From positions 9,065,642 through 9,129,641 of the forward strand of contig NC_057750.1 in the NCBI RefSeq assembly GCF_004010195.1: a DNA stretch of 64,000 bases, given 5' to 3'. Shown here piece by piece: positions 50,377 through 62,520 of the stretch (position 1 is its first letter; the number at the start of each line of letters is the position of its first letter). The notes beneath the pieces were generated by a model. That model was not told the origin of the DNA and did no database searches. It saw only the letters and a list, made by a program, of their open reading frames with translations. The position numbers were made by a program, and so were the translations under genes. Source of the DNA: Chiloscyllium plagiosum. Its lineage: Eukaryota.

Positions 50377-50760
50377 CTGAATAAACCCTGACTCTGTACA
50401 GTTACACAGTGAGTGACCCTTACTGTGCTGAATAAACCCTGACTCTATACAGTTACACAGTGAGTAACCCTTACTGTGCTGAATAAACCCTGACTCTGTA
50501 CAGTTACACAGTGAGTAACCCTTACTGTGCTGAATAGACCCTGACTCTGTACAGTTACGCAGTAAGTGACCCTTACTGTGCTGAAAAAACCCTGACTCTG
50601 TACAGTTACACAGTGAATGACCCTTACCCTGCTGAACAGACCCTGACTCTGTACAGTTCCACAGTGAGTGACCCTTACCCTGCTGAACAGACCCTGACTC
50701 TGTACAGTTACACAGTGAGTGACCCTTACTGTGCTGAATAAACACTGACTCTGTACAGTT
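50377..50760. repeat. 51-bp minisatellite, about 7.5 copies
   Basis: Unit ctgaataaaccctgactctgtacagttacacagtgagtgacccttactgtg. Confidence 0.95.
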
Positions 50761-51439
50761 ATGAATGTAACAGTATATGAATAGGAAGGGTTTAGAGAGA
50801 TATGAGCCAAATGCTGGTGAATGGGACTAGATTAATTTCGGATTCTGGTCAGCATGGATGAGTTGGACCGAGGAGTCTGTTTCCAAGCGGTATGACTCTG
50901 TGAGTTAAAAAAAGGAACATCAGATGTAACTCATGAGGGTAAGAGACCACGTCAGTGACCCTAACTGACAGAAACGATGCCAGTTTAAGTTGCTTCACTG
51001 TTTCTGTGATCAAATACAAAATAATTCCAGGTAAAGACAGTCAGAATGAGGAGTTCTGAAACAAAAACAGAAAAACTCAGCAGGAGAGATATCAAAGGGA
51101 ATGTTTCAAGTCCAGTGACTCTTCCTCAGAGCTGGAGTTGATGAAATGTAGAATTCCTATGGTGTGGAAGCAGGCCATTTAGCCCATACCGACCTCTCCC
51201 TGTAATTTCCCAAATCCGTCTCATCCACACATCCCTGGACATTATAGGGCAATTTCCCACGGCCAATCCACCCTAACCTGCACATCTTTGGACTGTGGGA
51301 GGAAACTGGAGCAAACTCCACACAGACAGTCACCCGAGGCTGGAATCGAACCTGTCAAGTCCTGGTCACTGCTTGCTGAACTCAGCTTTGGCATTAGCGC
51401 ATGAACTCTGGCTGCTGGGAGAACGTCCCGGCCTTCGAG

Positions 51440-51930
51440 TGGGGTGCAGAGGAGGTTCACTCAGCTGATTCCAGAGCTGAGGAGGTTGACTTATGAGGAG
51501 AGACTGAGGAGACAGGGACTATACTCAGAATGCGAGGGACATCTTATGGAAACGTATTGAAATTACAAAGGGAATAGATGAGATGGAAGCAAGGAGGTTA
51601 TTTCCACTGGAGCGTGAAAACTAGAACTAAGGGGCATAGCCTCAAAATAAAGGGGATCAGATTTTGGACTGAGTTGAGGAGGAACGTCTTCACCCAGAGG
51701 GTTGTGAATCTGTGGAATTCCCCGCCCAGTGAAGCAGTTGAGGCTACTGTGTTGAATATTTTTAAGGCAAAGATAGATTTTTGAACAGTAAGGAGATTAT
51801 GGTTTGTGGTGAGTGGGTGAGTAAGTGGAGCTGAGTCCATGAGAAAGATCAGCCGTGATCTTATTGAATGGCGGGGCAGGCTCAAGGGGCCAGACGGCCT
51901 ACTCCTGCTCCGAGTCCTTATGTTCTGATG
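51440..51930 (+). mobile_element. CR1-type LINE 3' fragment (older subfamily)
   Basis: TRTKGHSLKIKG..TELRRNVFTQRVVNLWNS..FKAKID. Confidence 0.85.
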
Positions 51931-52429
51931 TACGGGCAGGTTTGTCATTAATACAAAAATGTCAGGCAAGTGCTTACTCCTAAAGGACAGAAGGCCCCAT
52001 GCCTCCCAATCGCAGCTTTGAATGTAGGGGATGATTGAGGGATTGGTTGGTTTGGAGGGAGAGGAGGTGGAGATGTGAGACAGGAGAGGAGAGAACTGAG
52101 ACAGGCGGAAAAGAGGTCATGAGCAAGAGAAGGGGAGGGATGGGGGAATGGGAAGGAGCGGGGAGAGAGATGAGAGCGAGAGAGAGACCAATAAAAAGAG
52201 AAAAGAGAGCATCAAATTGGCAGAGCGAGAGAGAGAAAGACAGGCTGAGCGAGATTTTCCATCTCGCCCTGCCACCATTTTGAATAGTTCTGCCATTCTT
52301 TCTCCACCATTCAATTACTATTCATGCTGTTGAGTGTCCCCTAGCCTGCTAACACTTGTTCAACAAGTACAGTAGCCATATTGCTGCCTCAAATCCCTTT
52401 TCTGTGTGTTTCTGAACAGTGGGGTTGCT

Positions 52430-52443
52430 GTTGCCATGGCAAC
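52430..52443. promoter_or_regulatory. Perfect palindromic RFX X-box
   Basis: GTTGCCATGGCAAC in a repeat-free island. Confidence 0.45.
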
Positions 52444-54571
52444 GGGGCCTGCTGGACGTGTTTCTGCCTTCTGTGTGGGAGAGTGATGAATTGTGGGATT
52501 GAATCTGCTTCAGCTAACTGATGTTTCTGACACACCCGATTACCATCTCGCACTTGCTGCGGTCCCTGTGGAGGGCAAGGATTTGCATTTTCCCATTCCT
52601 TTTGAATCTGCTTCCCGTGCTGTTACCCAGAAGGTGTCTGAGGATGTGGCACTTGCTCGCTTGCTCACGCTCAGTGGGCAGCTTTCCCAGGTCACAAGGT
52701 CCTGGGGGTCAGGGCTTGACCCCGACAACCGAAACTGCTCTCTCCAGTGCTGTACTTAAGACACTCTGTACTGTCAGGTGAGCCAGGTGTCCTCAAACCG
52801 AGGCTCACACCTACCTGCTTTGGTGCGTACAAAAGATTCATGGTGCCATTTTGTAGAAGGCCTGTATCCTCACCAATATTTGTCCAGTTCTCTAGATTGT
52901 TAACCTTTCACTTTGTGTGGGGGAGCTTGCTGTCCACAAATTGGTTGCCATGTTTCCTGTCATATCAACGGTTCAGTCTAAAGAGACACAGTATATACTT
53001 ATCAGGTGAACTGGCCATGCTAAATTGCTCCATTGTGTTAGGTCAATTAGTCAGAGGGAAATGGGTCTGGGTGGGTTACTCTTCGGAGGGTCGGTGTGGA
53101 CTGGTTGGGCCGAAGTGCCTGTTTCCACACTGTAGGGAATCTAATCTAATCTCATAATCCTACAGTGTGGAAACAGGCCATTTGGCCCAATAAATTCACA
53201 CCGACTCTCTGAAGAGCATCTCACCCAAACCCATCCCCCTACCTTATCCCTGTATTTCCCATGAATGACCCGCATATCCCTGGATATTATGGTCATCCCC
53301 CTCCCCCCCACACACTATGGGAAATGTAACACTGCACTTCCCATGACGAACCTACCTAATCTGCACATCATGGGACAATTTAGCACGGCCAATCCGTGTG
53401 AGAGAGAGAGTAGGTGTTATAAAGACAGATGGAGGGGAAAAAGACAGAGGAAAGTGTTTCTGCGCAATGATAAGGCAAGAGTGTATAGAATCCCTGCAGC
53501 ATAGAGTCTACACCAACACTCTGAAGAGCAAGCCACCCCCCCCGACCCTATAACCCTGCATTTCCCACAGCTAACCCACACATCATTAGCAATTTAGCAT
53601 GGCCAATCCACTCTAACCTGCACATCTTTGGATTGTGGGAGGAAACCCACACAGACATGGGGAGAATTTGCAAACCTCACGCAGACAGTCACCTGAGGGT
53701 GGAATTGAATCCAGGTCCGTAGTGCTGTGAGGCAGCAGGGCTAACCACTGAGCTACCATGCCACCCTATAAATATCCTCAAGGGAAGTAATCTAATGTCA
53801 CATGATCCTGCTTTTTCTTGCAGACCAGCGCAAATGGAGCTACAGTGAGATTTTTACAAAATGAACTTAGCCTTTTCCTTACCTCTCTTTCGAAACATTA
53901 AGTAATTTCAGCATAGCCCCAGAGGTCATCAGAGAAAGAGAGACAGAGAGCAAGAGGGAACTGACCAGTGGTGGGTTTAACCTGAGGGTCACTGCGCCCC
54001 GGGTGAGGGGAGAGGTTGAGAAGGAGAATCCTTCATGGTGACCTCAGCCGGTGGTGGGAATTGAACCCGCGCTGTTGGTGTCACTCTCCATCGGCCAACT
54101 GAGCTAACCAATTCCCTTCCAACAGCGAGACCAAGGGTATGATAGTTCCAACATTACAAAAGTGATGACACTTCATTGACGAGGTAGCTTTGAACCCAAG
54201 GGGACAGCTTCAGGAGAAGAGCCAGGACTTTGGGAACTCTTTCCCTTCGTTTTCCTTTTCTGTGTTTCAATCCCAAACTGAATTAGGATAATTGAGGGCA
54301 CCTCATCCTGATTGCTCTAAAGACTGGTGTTATTGTGCAGTATGCAGTATCAGAGCTTTGTCCTTCATTTTGACCAGATAGATTCTGCTCTCGAACCCTG
54401 AGGTACCTTATCCCATTCGAATGTGCCGACTCTATCTTCACTCAGGGCTGCTACAACCATCTCCTTGTTTGCCTTCCTTATCTTTCCTGAATACATTGGT
54501 GCCAGAAATATTCAAGCATCCGTTTGGATCCAAATGCTGTTATTGTGCCTGTAACTTCATCACACCCTTGT

Positions 54572-54810
54572 CAGAATTAGAGTGGTGCTGGAAAAGCACA
54601 GCAGGTCAGGCAGCATCCGAGGAGCAGGAGAATCAAGATTTCAGGCTAAAGCCCTTCATCAGGAATGAGCCTGAGGAGGGTTGCTCATTCCTGACGAAGG
54701 GCTTTTTGCCCGAAACATCGATTTTCCTGCTCCTTTGACCTGCTGTGCTTTCCCAGCACCACTCTAATCTTGACTGTAATCTCCAGCATCTGCAGTACCC
54801 ACCTCTGCCT
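54572..54810 (+). mobile_element. Penelope-derived micro-element (family A), about 90-bp inverted arms, 18-bp TSD
   Basis: acttcatcacacccttgt at 54554-54571 and 54811-54828; hammerhead-like motif on both arms. Confidence 0.85.
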
Positions 54811-54889
54811 ACTTCATCACACCCTTGTAGTGCCAACCTTGTTCATACCATTCTCTGCATTTACATAGCGTGGAGTGTCACCAAACAAA

Positions 54890-55430
54890 GAGACCATAGG
54901 GTGCAGGTGCATAGTCGCAGGTAGACAGGGTGGTGAGGAAGGTGTTTGGCTATAGGAAGGACGTTGTTAAACTTTAAAGGATTCAGAAAAGGATGTTGCT
55001 GGGGTTGAGCTACAGGAAGAGGCTGAAAAGGCTAGGGCTGTTTTCCCTGGAGTGTCGGAGGCTGAGGGGTGACCTTATAGAGGTTTATAAAATCATGAGG
55101 GGCATGGATAGGGTCAATAGACAAGATCTTTTCCCTGGGGTGGGGGAGTCCAGAATTAGAGACATAGGCTTAAGGTGAGAGGGGAAAGATATAAAAGGGA
55201 CCTAAGGGGCAACTTTTCACACAGAGGGTGGTATGTGTATGGAATGAGCTGCCAGAGGAAGTGGTGGAGGCTGGTACAATTGCAACAATTAAAAGGCATC
55301 TGGATGGGTATATGAATAGGAAGGGTTTGGAGGGATATGGGCCAAGAGCTGGGACTGGATTACTGGTTGGCATGGACGGGTTGGACTGAAGGGTTTGTTT
55401 CTGTGCTGTACATCTCTATGACTGTATGAC
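54890..55430 (+). mobile_element. CR1/HER1-type LINE 3' fragment (others about 56138-56376 -, 57605-58100 -)
   Basis: [28 protein letters not shown]. Confidence 0.88.
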
Positions 55431-57130
55431 ACCCTCTTCCTCAAAGTCTGGTTTACATTTCGCTCCTGTCTATGCTGTCCTCAAGGGGCCGAACGGTCCA
55501 CTCCTGTTCCTATTCCTTAAGGTCCGTGAGACTTTAAGACCATAAGACTCAGTAACCGATGAGGGGGTCCATCCTGCGATGATGGGCTGACTGTATTTGG
55601 TTTGCACTCTTTGGGATTTTAGTGACAGGTGGTTTCATTCAGATTCCGAAGAGGCTTGACTGGGGTGATACTGGGAGAGCACGTCCCTCGGTTTTGAGAA
55701 TCCAGAACATAGGAGTACCGTCTCAGGATAAGACATGTGTTCGACCTCGGCTGGAGTATTGTGTACAGTTGTAGGCTCCACAACAATACCTCCCCATCCA
55801 CAAGGATGGGGAGGTATTGGAGAGAGTGTAGAAATGTGGTTTACTCGAATGGTTCCAGGAATGAGGAAATTAAGTGATGAGGATAGATTGGGACTGTTCT
55901 CCTTGGAGAGGAGCCTTGGTCGGGGGTTTTGGAAACCATGAGCGGGCTGGAAAGGGTAGGTGGGAGAAACTGTTCCAATTGGTAAAAGGAACAAGAGAGG
56001 GCATGGATTTGAGGGGATGTGCAAAATGGCGAGGTGAGAGAAAAAGTTTACCCTTGACTACTGGTTTTTATTTATTTGCTTTGTGTGATGTGGGTGTCAC
56101 TGGTTGGGCCTGGCATTAATTGCCCCATCCCTAGTTGCCTCCGACGCTCCAGGGAAAACAGCCCCAGCCTGTTCAGCCTCCCCCTATAGCTCAAACCCTC
56201 CAACCCTGGCAACATCCTTGTGAATCGTTTCTGAACCCTTTCAAGTTTCACAACATCTTTCCGATAGGAAGGAGACCAGAACTGCATGCAATATTCCAAC
56301 AATGGCCAAACCAATGTCCTGTACAGCCGCAACATGACCTCCCCACTCCTGTACTCAATACTCTGACCAATAAAGGTTCTTAGTGAATTTTAATTTTTGA
56401 ACCTTAGAGGCAGCTGAAGGCTCAGATTATTTGATGTAACTGTTTATATCCTGTTGCCTGAGTAGCCCCTTCTGGCCCTCATTATTCTCTTTCACAAGTC
56501 TTTCTTCCATAGTGCATTCTGCTCAGCGTGCTCGGTGGCGGATCCTTTGTTGTGGGCTGGAGAAGTTGCTTGTTTGTAGCTGTTTATCGCCAGGTTGTGA
56601 GACTTTGGGCTGTAATGAGGGAGTTGTTACCAGCGACAGACTCCCCACAAACCACACTGTGGTTTGAAAGCCTGGTTGTACACAGTCACTCGCCTGGCCT
56701 CAGGCTGTCCGCCGAGGGGATTAAGGGGAGGGGATTGGGAAGGGACAGATTGCTTCTCATTGCTGGCCAGCTTTTTGAAACCTCGACATTTTCCCCTCGG
56801 GAATACAGCACCTGTCACAGAAAGACGAACGGGTGATCTCGAGATCCTCCCCCACAGTGCTCCCTGGCCAACGTGTTTTAAAGTGTAGCCCTGTCAGAAT
56901 TGCAGCTTAACACTGTGCAGAGGATTGGCCATTTGGACCATCCTGTCTGTGCTGACCCTCTGCCAGATCAACTCATGGAATCCTTACAGTATGAAAGCTG
57001 GCCATTCAACCCATCGTGACACACTATGCCTCCAAAGAGCATCCCATCCACACCCTATCCTTGTGACCCTGCATTTCCCATGGCTAATCCACCCTAACCT
57101 ACACATCACTGAACACTATGGGGTAATTTA

Positions 57131-57257
57131 GCATGAAGGGCTTTTGCCCGAAACGTCGATTTTGCTGCTCCTCGGATGCTGCCTGAACTGCTGTGCTCTT
57201 CCAGCACCACTAATCCAGAATCTGGTTTCCAGCATCTGCAGTCATTGTTTTTACCTC
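57131..57257 (+). mobile_element. Penelope-derived micro-element (family A variant) inside an HE1 SINE (about 56977-57462, -)
   Basis: atgaagggcttttgcccgaaacgtcg..ccagcatctgcagtc; flanked by ggtaattta. Confidence 0.75.
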
Positions 57258-59900
57258 GGTAATTTAATCCACCCTAACCTGCACATCCCTGAACACTATG
57301 GGGTAATTTAGCATGGCCAATCCACCCTAATCTGCACATCCCTGAACACTACGGGGCACCCGGAAGAAACCCACACAGACATGGGGAGAATGTGCAAACT
57401 CCACACTGATAGTCTCCCAAGGGTGGGATCGAACCCAGGTCCCTGGTGCCACTGAGCCACCATTCGATCCTAACCTATCTCCTCCCACTTCCCTGCTTTC
57501 TCCTCACTGATGTGCAAAACTTTTCCTCTTCAGTCAATGATCCATTTTAGTCAGTAAGGTCCCCTAAACAGAAATTAAATAGGGATTGAGATAAATAAAG
57601 TCAGGGAGTCATGGAGTCATGGAGTCATACAGCACAGAAATACACCCTTTGCCCCACCTCATCCATGCTGACCAAGTTTCCCAAACTGAACTTCTCCCAT
57701 TTGCCTGCATTTGGCCTATATCCCTCTAAACCTCTCCTATCCATATACCTAACCAAATATCTTTCAAATATTGTAATTGTACCAGCCTCTGGCAGCTCAT
57801 TCCCTCTGCGTGAAAAAGTTGCCCCCTCAGGTCCCTTTTAAATCTTTCCCCTCTCACCCTAAACCTATGCCCTCTCGTTCTGGACTCCCCCACCCCAGGG
57901 AAAAGACCTTGTTATTTACCGTATCCATGCCCCTCATGATTTTATAAACTTATCTTGGTCACCCCTCAGACTCCGACCTCCAGGAAAAACTGTCCCAGCC
58001 TATCCAGGCTCTCCCAAAAAACTCAAACCCTCCGATCCTGGTAACATCCTTTCTGAACCGTCTCAAATTTAATAACATCCTTCCTATAGCAGGACGACCA
58101 GGATTATAACTATTGACGAGGATCCAGGGAGGAGGAGAGTTTCCCGAATTAGGATGAGAGGATTTCGGAGAACGGGGACACCAATCAGCCCGTCCAGATC
58201 TCTCCCCCGTTCAGTAAGTTCCGAGGTGCTCTGGTGATGTGACCTCAGCTCCAGTTTCATAGCATTGAATCATAGAATCCCTACAGTGTGGAAACCAAGA
58301 GTAACCCACCCAGACCCATTCTCCTATTACTTTTCATTTACCCATGACTAACACACCTAACCTACACATTCCTGAACACTATGAGTAATTTCCCACGGCC
58401 AATCCATCCTAACCTGCATATCTTGAGAGAGGGAGAGGGATGTTACTTCTCCCGAATATTGCTTAGAGGCCATTTCCAGCCTCGGGTGACTGTCTGTGTG
58501 GAGTTTGCACATTCTCTCCGTGTCTGTGTGGGTTTCCTCCGGGTGCTCCGGTTTCCTGCCACAGTCCAAAGATGTGCAGGTTAGGGTGGATTGGCCATGC
58601 TAAATTACCCATAGTGTTCAGGGATATGCAGGTTAGGGTGGATTTGCCATGCTAAATTGCCCATAGTGCCCAGGGATATGTAAGCTCAGTGCATTAGTCA
58701 GGGGAAATGTAGTGTAATAGGGTGGGGGAATGGATCTGGATGGGATACTCTTCAGAGGGTCAGTGTGGACTTGTGGGGCTGAATGGCCTGTTTCCACACT
58801 GTAGGGATTCCAATATTCTATGAGACGAGTGACCCGGCCAGGTTAGTCCGGTTCAGAGCTGCCTCCCTCATTTCGGAACCGCCTCCCGGCCTCAAAAATA
58901 GAACAACGTCAAAGCTCACAGCTAGGTCGGCGCGGTTGCCATCGGCAACGATTGAGACAGCTTGCAGCTCTTTCTCACCCGTAAGGGAATGTTTTATAAA
59001 TCCTAGACACATGGTGGCCGGAGGTCAAAAATCAAGCCAAGGAGAAAGATCAAGGCAGAGGGTTTATGGGATTGAAGGCAAGCCAGCTGGTCACTTAGCA
59101 TTTTGGATAATGCGTAATGGTGAGGGCTAGGCCTCAGGCTGTGCCCACATGCATGTACATTCTCTCCCTTCGAGGTTTAAAAGTGACTTTCCAAGTTCCC
59201 CTCGTGACTGGGAGTCAGTCTTCCTGCTTGTTGTTGTTCCTGGGCTAAAGGCTCAATTTAAACAAGGCCTCAATAACAAAACAGGCCGAGACCAGAACAA
59301 TGGATTGGGGTGAGTGGGGAGGAGTACTTGGCCTTAAATAAACATTTATAACTACTTGATAATCTGACACCCTTTCCTTTTATTGGTTGATGCTCTGCAC
59401 CCTTCCCCACTCTGCTCCCACATGGTTTACCCCTCGAGAGGAACTGGGCGGTGGTGAGGGAGATGCTAACAACAAAGGGAAAAAGTCGCAACAATAGGCC
59501 GACTAGAGTCATTCCAAATGCTCTCCCTGTCCACCCTATCTAACCCTCTGATTATCTTATATGTCTCTATTAAGTCACCTCTCAACCTTCTTCTCTCTAA
59601 CGAGAACAGACTCAAAACCCTCAGCCTTTCCTCGTAAGACATTCCTTCCATACCAGGCAATATCCTAGTAAATCTCCTCTGCACCCTTTCCAAAGCTTCC
59701 ACATCCTTCTTATAATGCGGTGACCAGAACTGTACTCCAGATGTGGTCTCCCCAGCGCTTTGTACAGTCACAGTTACATTAGGCCGACTAGAGTCATTCC
59801 GAATGGGTGATGGGTGCAGATCGGACGTTGCCTTTCTGGAGAATCTCCAGTAGGGGGACAAATCCCAACGCCGCAATTCCATAAAATCCTTAACACGTCA

Positions 59901-60212
59901 GATGGCACGGTGGCACAGTGGTTAGCACTGCTGCCTCACAGCGCCAGAGACCCGGGTTCAATTCCCGACTCAAGCGACTGACTGTGTGGAGTTTGCACAT
60001 TCTCCCCGTGTCTGCGTGGGTTTCCTCCGGGTGCTCCGGTTTCCTCCCACAGTCCAAAGATGTGCACGTCAGGTGAATTGGCCACGCTAAATTGCCTGTA
60101 GTGTTAGGTAAAGGGGTAAATGTACGGGAATGGGTGGGTTACGGGTCGGTATGGACTTGTTGGGCCGAAGGGCCTGTTTCCACACTGTAAGTAATCTAAT
60201 CTAATCTAATCA
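59901..60212 (+). mobile_element. Young full-length HE1-type V-SINE (further copies about 60645-60918, 61155-61463, 58477-58810, 34293-34592)
   Basis: ggcacggtggcacagtggttagcactgctgcctcacagcgccagagacccgggttcaattcc...gggccgaagggcctgtttccacactgtaag(taatc)n. Confidence 0.93.
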
Positions 60213-61469
60213 GACACCTTCCTGACCTACTGAGCCACACAACACCAGAGCAACAGTAGGCCATTCAGCCCCTCGAAGACACTCCGCTATTCAATAAGAT
60301 CGTGGCTGATCTTTTTGTGTTCCGGCTTCCACATTCCCAACTATCCCCGGTAACCCTCCATTGCCCTGCCTAGCAAGAGTCTGTCTACCTAAGACCATAA
60401 GAGAAAGGAACAGGAGGAGGCCTTTCAGCCCCTCGAGCCTGCTCCACCATGTGATAGGATCGCGGCTGATCCAACATTCCTCACGTCCACTTTCCTACCC
60501 TTTCCCCATAACCCTTGATTCCCCGACTGTTCAAGAATTGATCGATCTTAGCTTTAAATATACACAAGGACTCTGCCCCCACAGCTCTCTGCGGTAAGGA
60601 GTTCCAAACCTTCTGAGGGAAGAAGTTCTTTCTCACCTCAGTTATGGGGCGGCACGGTGGCTCAGTGGTTAGCACTGCTGCCTCACAGCACCAGGGTCCC
60701 GGGTCCGATTCCAGCCTGGGGTGACTGTCTGTGTGGAGTTTGCACATTCTCCCCGTGTCTGCGTGGGTTTCCTCCCACAGTCCAAAGATGTGCAGGTCAG
60801 GTGAATTGGTCAATTAGTCAGAGGGAAGGTGGGTCTGGATGGGTTACTATTCGGAGGGTCGGTGTGGACTGGTTGGGCCGAAGGGCCTGTTTCCACACTG
60901 TAGGGAATCTAATCTAATCGAAATTTGCCCCTCTTTAATTCTGAGACTGTGCCCTCTGACCCTAGACTCTCCCATGAGGGGTAACATCCTCTCAGCATTG
61001 ACCCTGTCAAGACCCTTAATGTTAATGTGATCTCCAGGGAGTAGAGTCCCGACCTGTTTAACCTTTACTCATAAGACAATCCCTCCATCCCAGGGATCAT
61101 CCTAGTGAACCTTCTCTGAACTGTCTCCAATGAAATTATTGCTTTCCCTAAATCGGGGCAGGGTGGCTCAGTGGTCAGCACTGCACCTCACAGCGCCAGG
61201 GACCCGGGTTCGATTCCACTCTCAGGCGACTGTCTGGATGGAGTTTGCACATTCTCCCAGTGTCTGCGTGGGTTTCCTCCCACAGTCCAAAGATGTGCAG
61301 ACTAGGTGAATTGGCCATGCTAAATTGCCCAGAGTGTTAGGTGTGTTAGTCAGGGGTAAATATAGGGTAGGGGAATGGGTCTGGGTGGGTTACTCTTCGG
61401 AGGGTCGGTGTGGACGTATTGGGCCGAAGGGCCTGTTTCCACATTGTAGGGAATCTAATCTAAGACTGC

Positions 61470-62014
61470 ACACAGTACATAGAGCAGTACAGGCCCTTCG
61501 GCCCTCGATGTTGCGCTGCCCTGTCATACTAATCTGAAGCACATCCCACCTACACTATTCCATGTACGTCCATTTGCCTGTCCAATGACGACTTAAATGC
61601 ACTTAAACTTGGCGAATCTACTACCGTTGCAGGCAAAGCATTCCATACCCTTACTACTCTCTGAGTAAAGAAACTACCTCTGACATCTGTCTTACACCTA
61701 TCTCCCCTCACTTTAAAGTTGTGTCCCCTCGTGTTTGCCGTCCCCATACTTGGAAAAAGGCTCTCCCTGTCCACCCTATCTAACCCTCTGATTATCTTGT
61801 TTGTCTCTATTAAGTCACCTCTCAACCTTCTTCTCTCTAATGAGAACAGCCTCAAGGCCCTCAGCCTTTCCTCGTAAGACATTCCTTCCATACCAGGCAA
61901 CATCCTAGTAAATCTCCTCTGCACCCTTTCCAAAGCTTCCACATCCTTCTTATAATGCGGTGACCAGAACTGTACTCCAGATGTGGTCTCCCCAGCGCTA
62001 TGTACAGTCACAGT
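61470..62014 (-). mobile_element. Young CR1-type LINE 3' end with uninterrupted ORF2 C-terminus
   Basis: [55 protein letters not shown] (ORF 61550-62011). Confidence 0.9.
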
Positions 62015-62324
62015 AAGACCTCCTGGCTCTTATACACTAACCCCCGGAAATAAGAGTCGACACTCCATGACCCCTCCCTGATTACCTGCTGTATGCTAGC
62101 TTTCTGTGTTTCGTGCACAAAGTCCCCCCTTTGTGTTGCGTCTTTCTGCAGTATTTTTCTATTTAAATAATAATGTCCTTCTGTCCTCCTCCTTCCGTAA
62201 AAATATTCAGTGACCCCCCACCCCCCCACCCCGAGGCAGAGAGTTCCAACCCTCCTGTGGCGCAACGAGGTTCCTTATCTCTGTCCGAAAAGGGTGATCC
62301 CAAATTTCGACACAGTAAACCCCC

Positions 62325-62520
62325 CTAGCGAGTTTTGAGAAGATTTGTAGCTCAGGTTGAGGTTTTGGATGTAGGTTTGCCTGCTGAGCTGGAAGGTTCA
62401 TTTCCAGACGTTTCGTCACCATACTAGGTAACATCAGTGGGCCTCAGGCGAAGCAATGCTGAAAATTCCTGCTTTCTATTTATATGTTTGGGTTTCTTTG
62501 GGTTGGTGATGTCATATCCA
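62325..62520 (-). mobile_element. Penelope-like family C 3' terminal fragment with degenerate hammerhead motif
   Basis: Matches 11205-11345; reverse complement ctgatgttacctagtatggtgacgaaacgtc at about 62405-62437. Confidence 0.7.

Noticed and set aside
50254..50745. Zinc-finger-like Cys/His repeat protein
   Set aside because: Spacing is not C2H2, there is no TGEKP linker, and it is simply a translated minisatellite.
59901..59975. tRNA gene
   Set aside because: The A/B boxes belong to the tRNA-derived head of HE1 and continue into the SINE body.
61550..62011. Intact or active LINE
   Set aside because: Only the last about 150 codons of ORF2 are present; no full RT domain occurs anywhere in the window.
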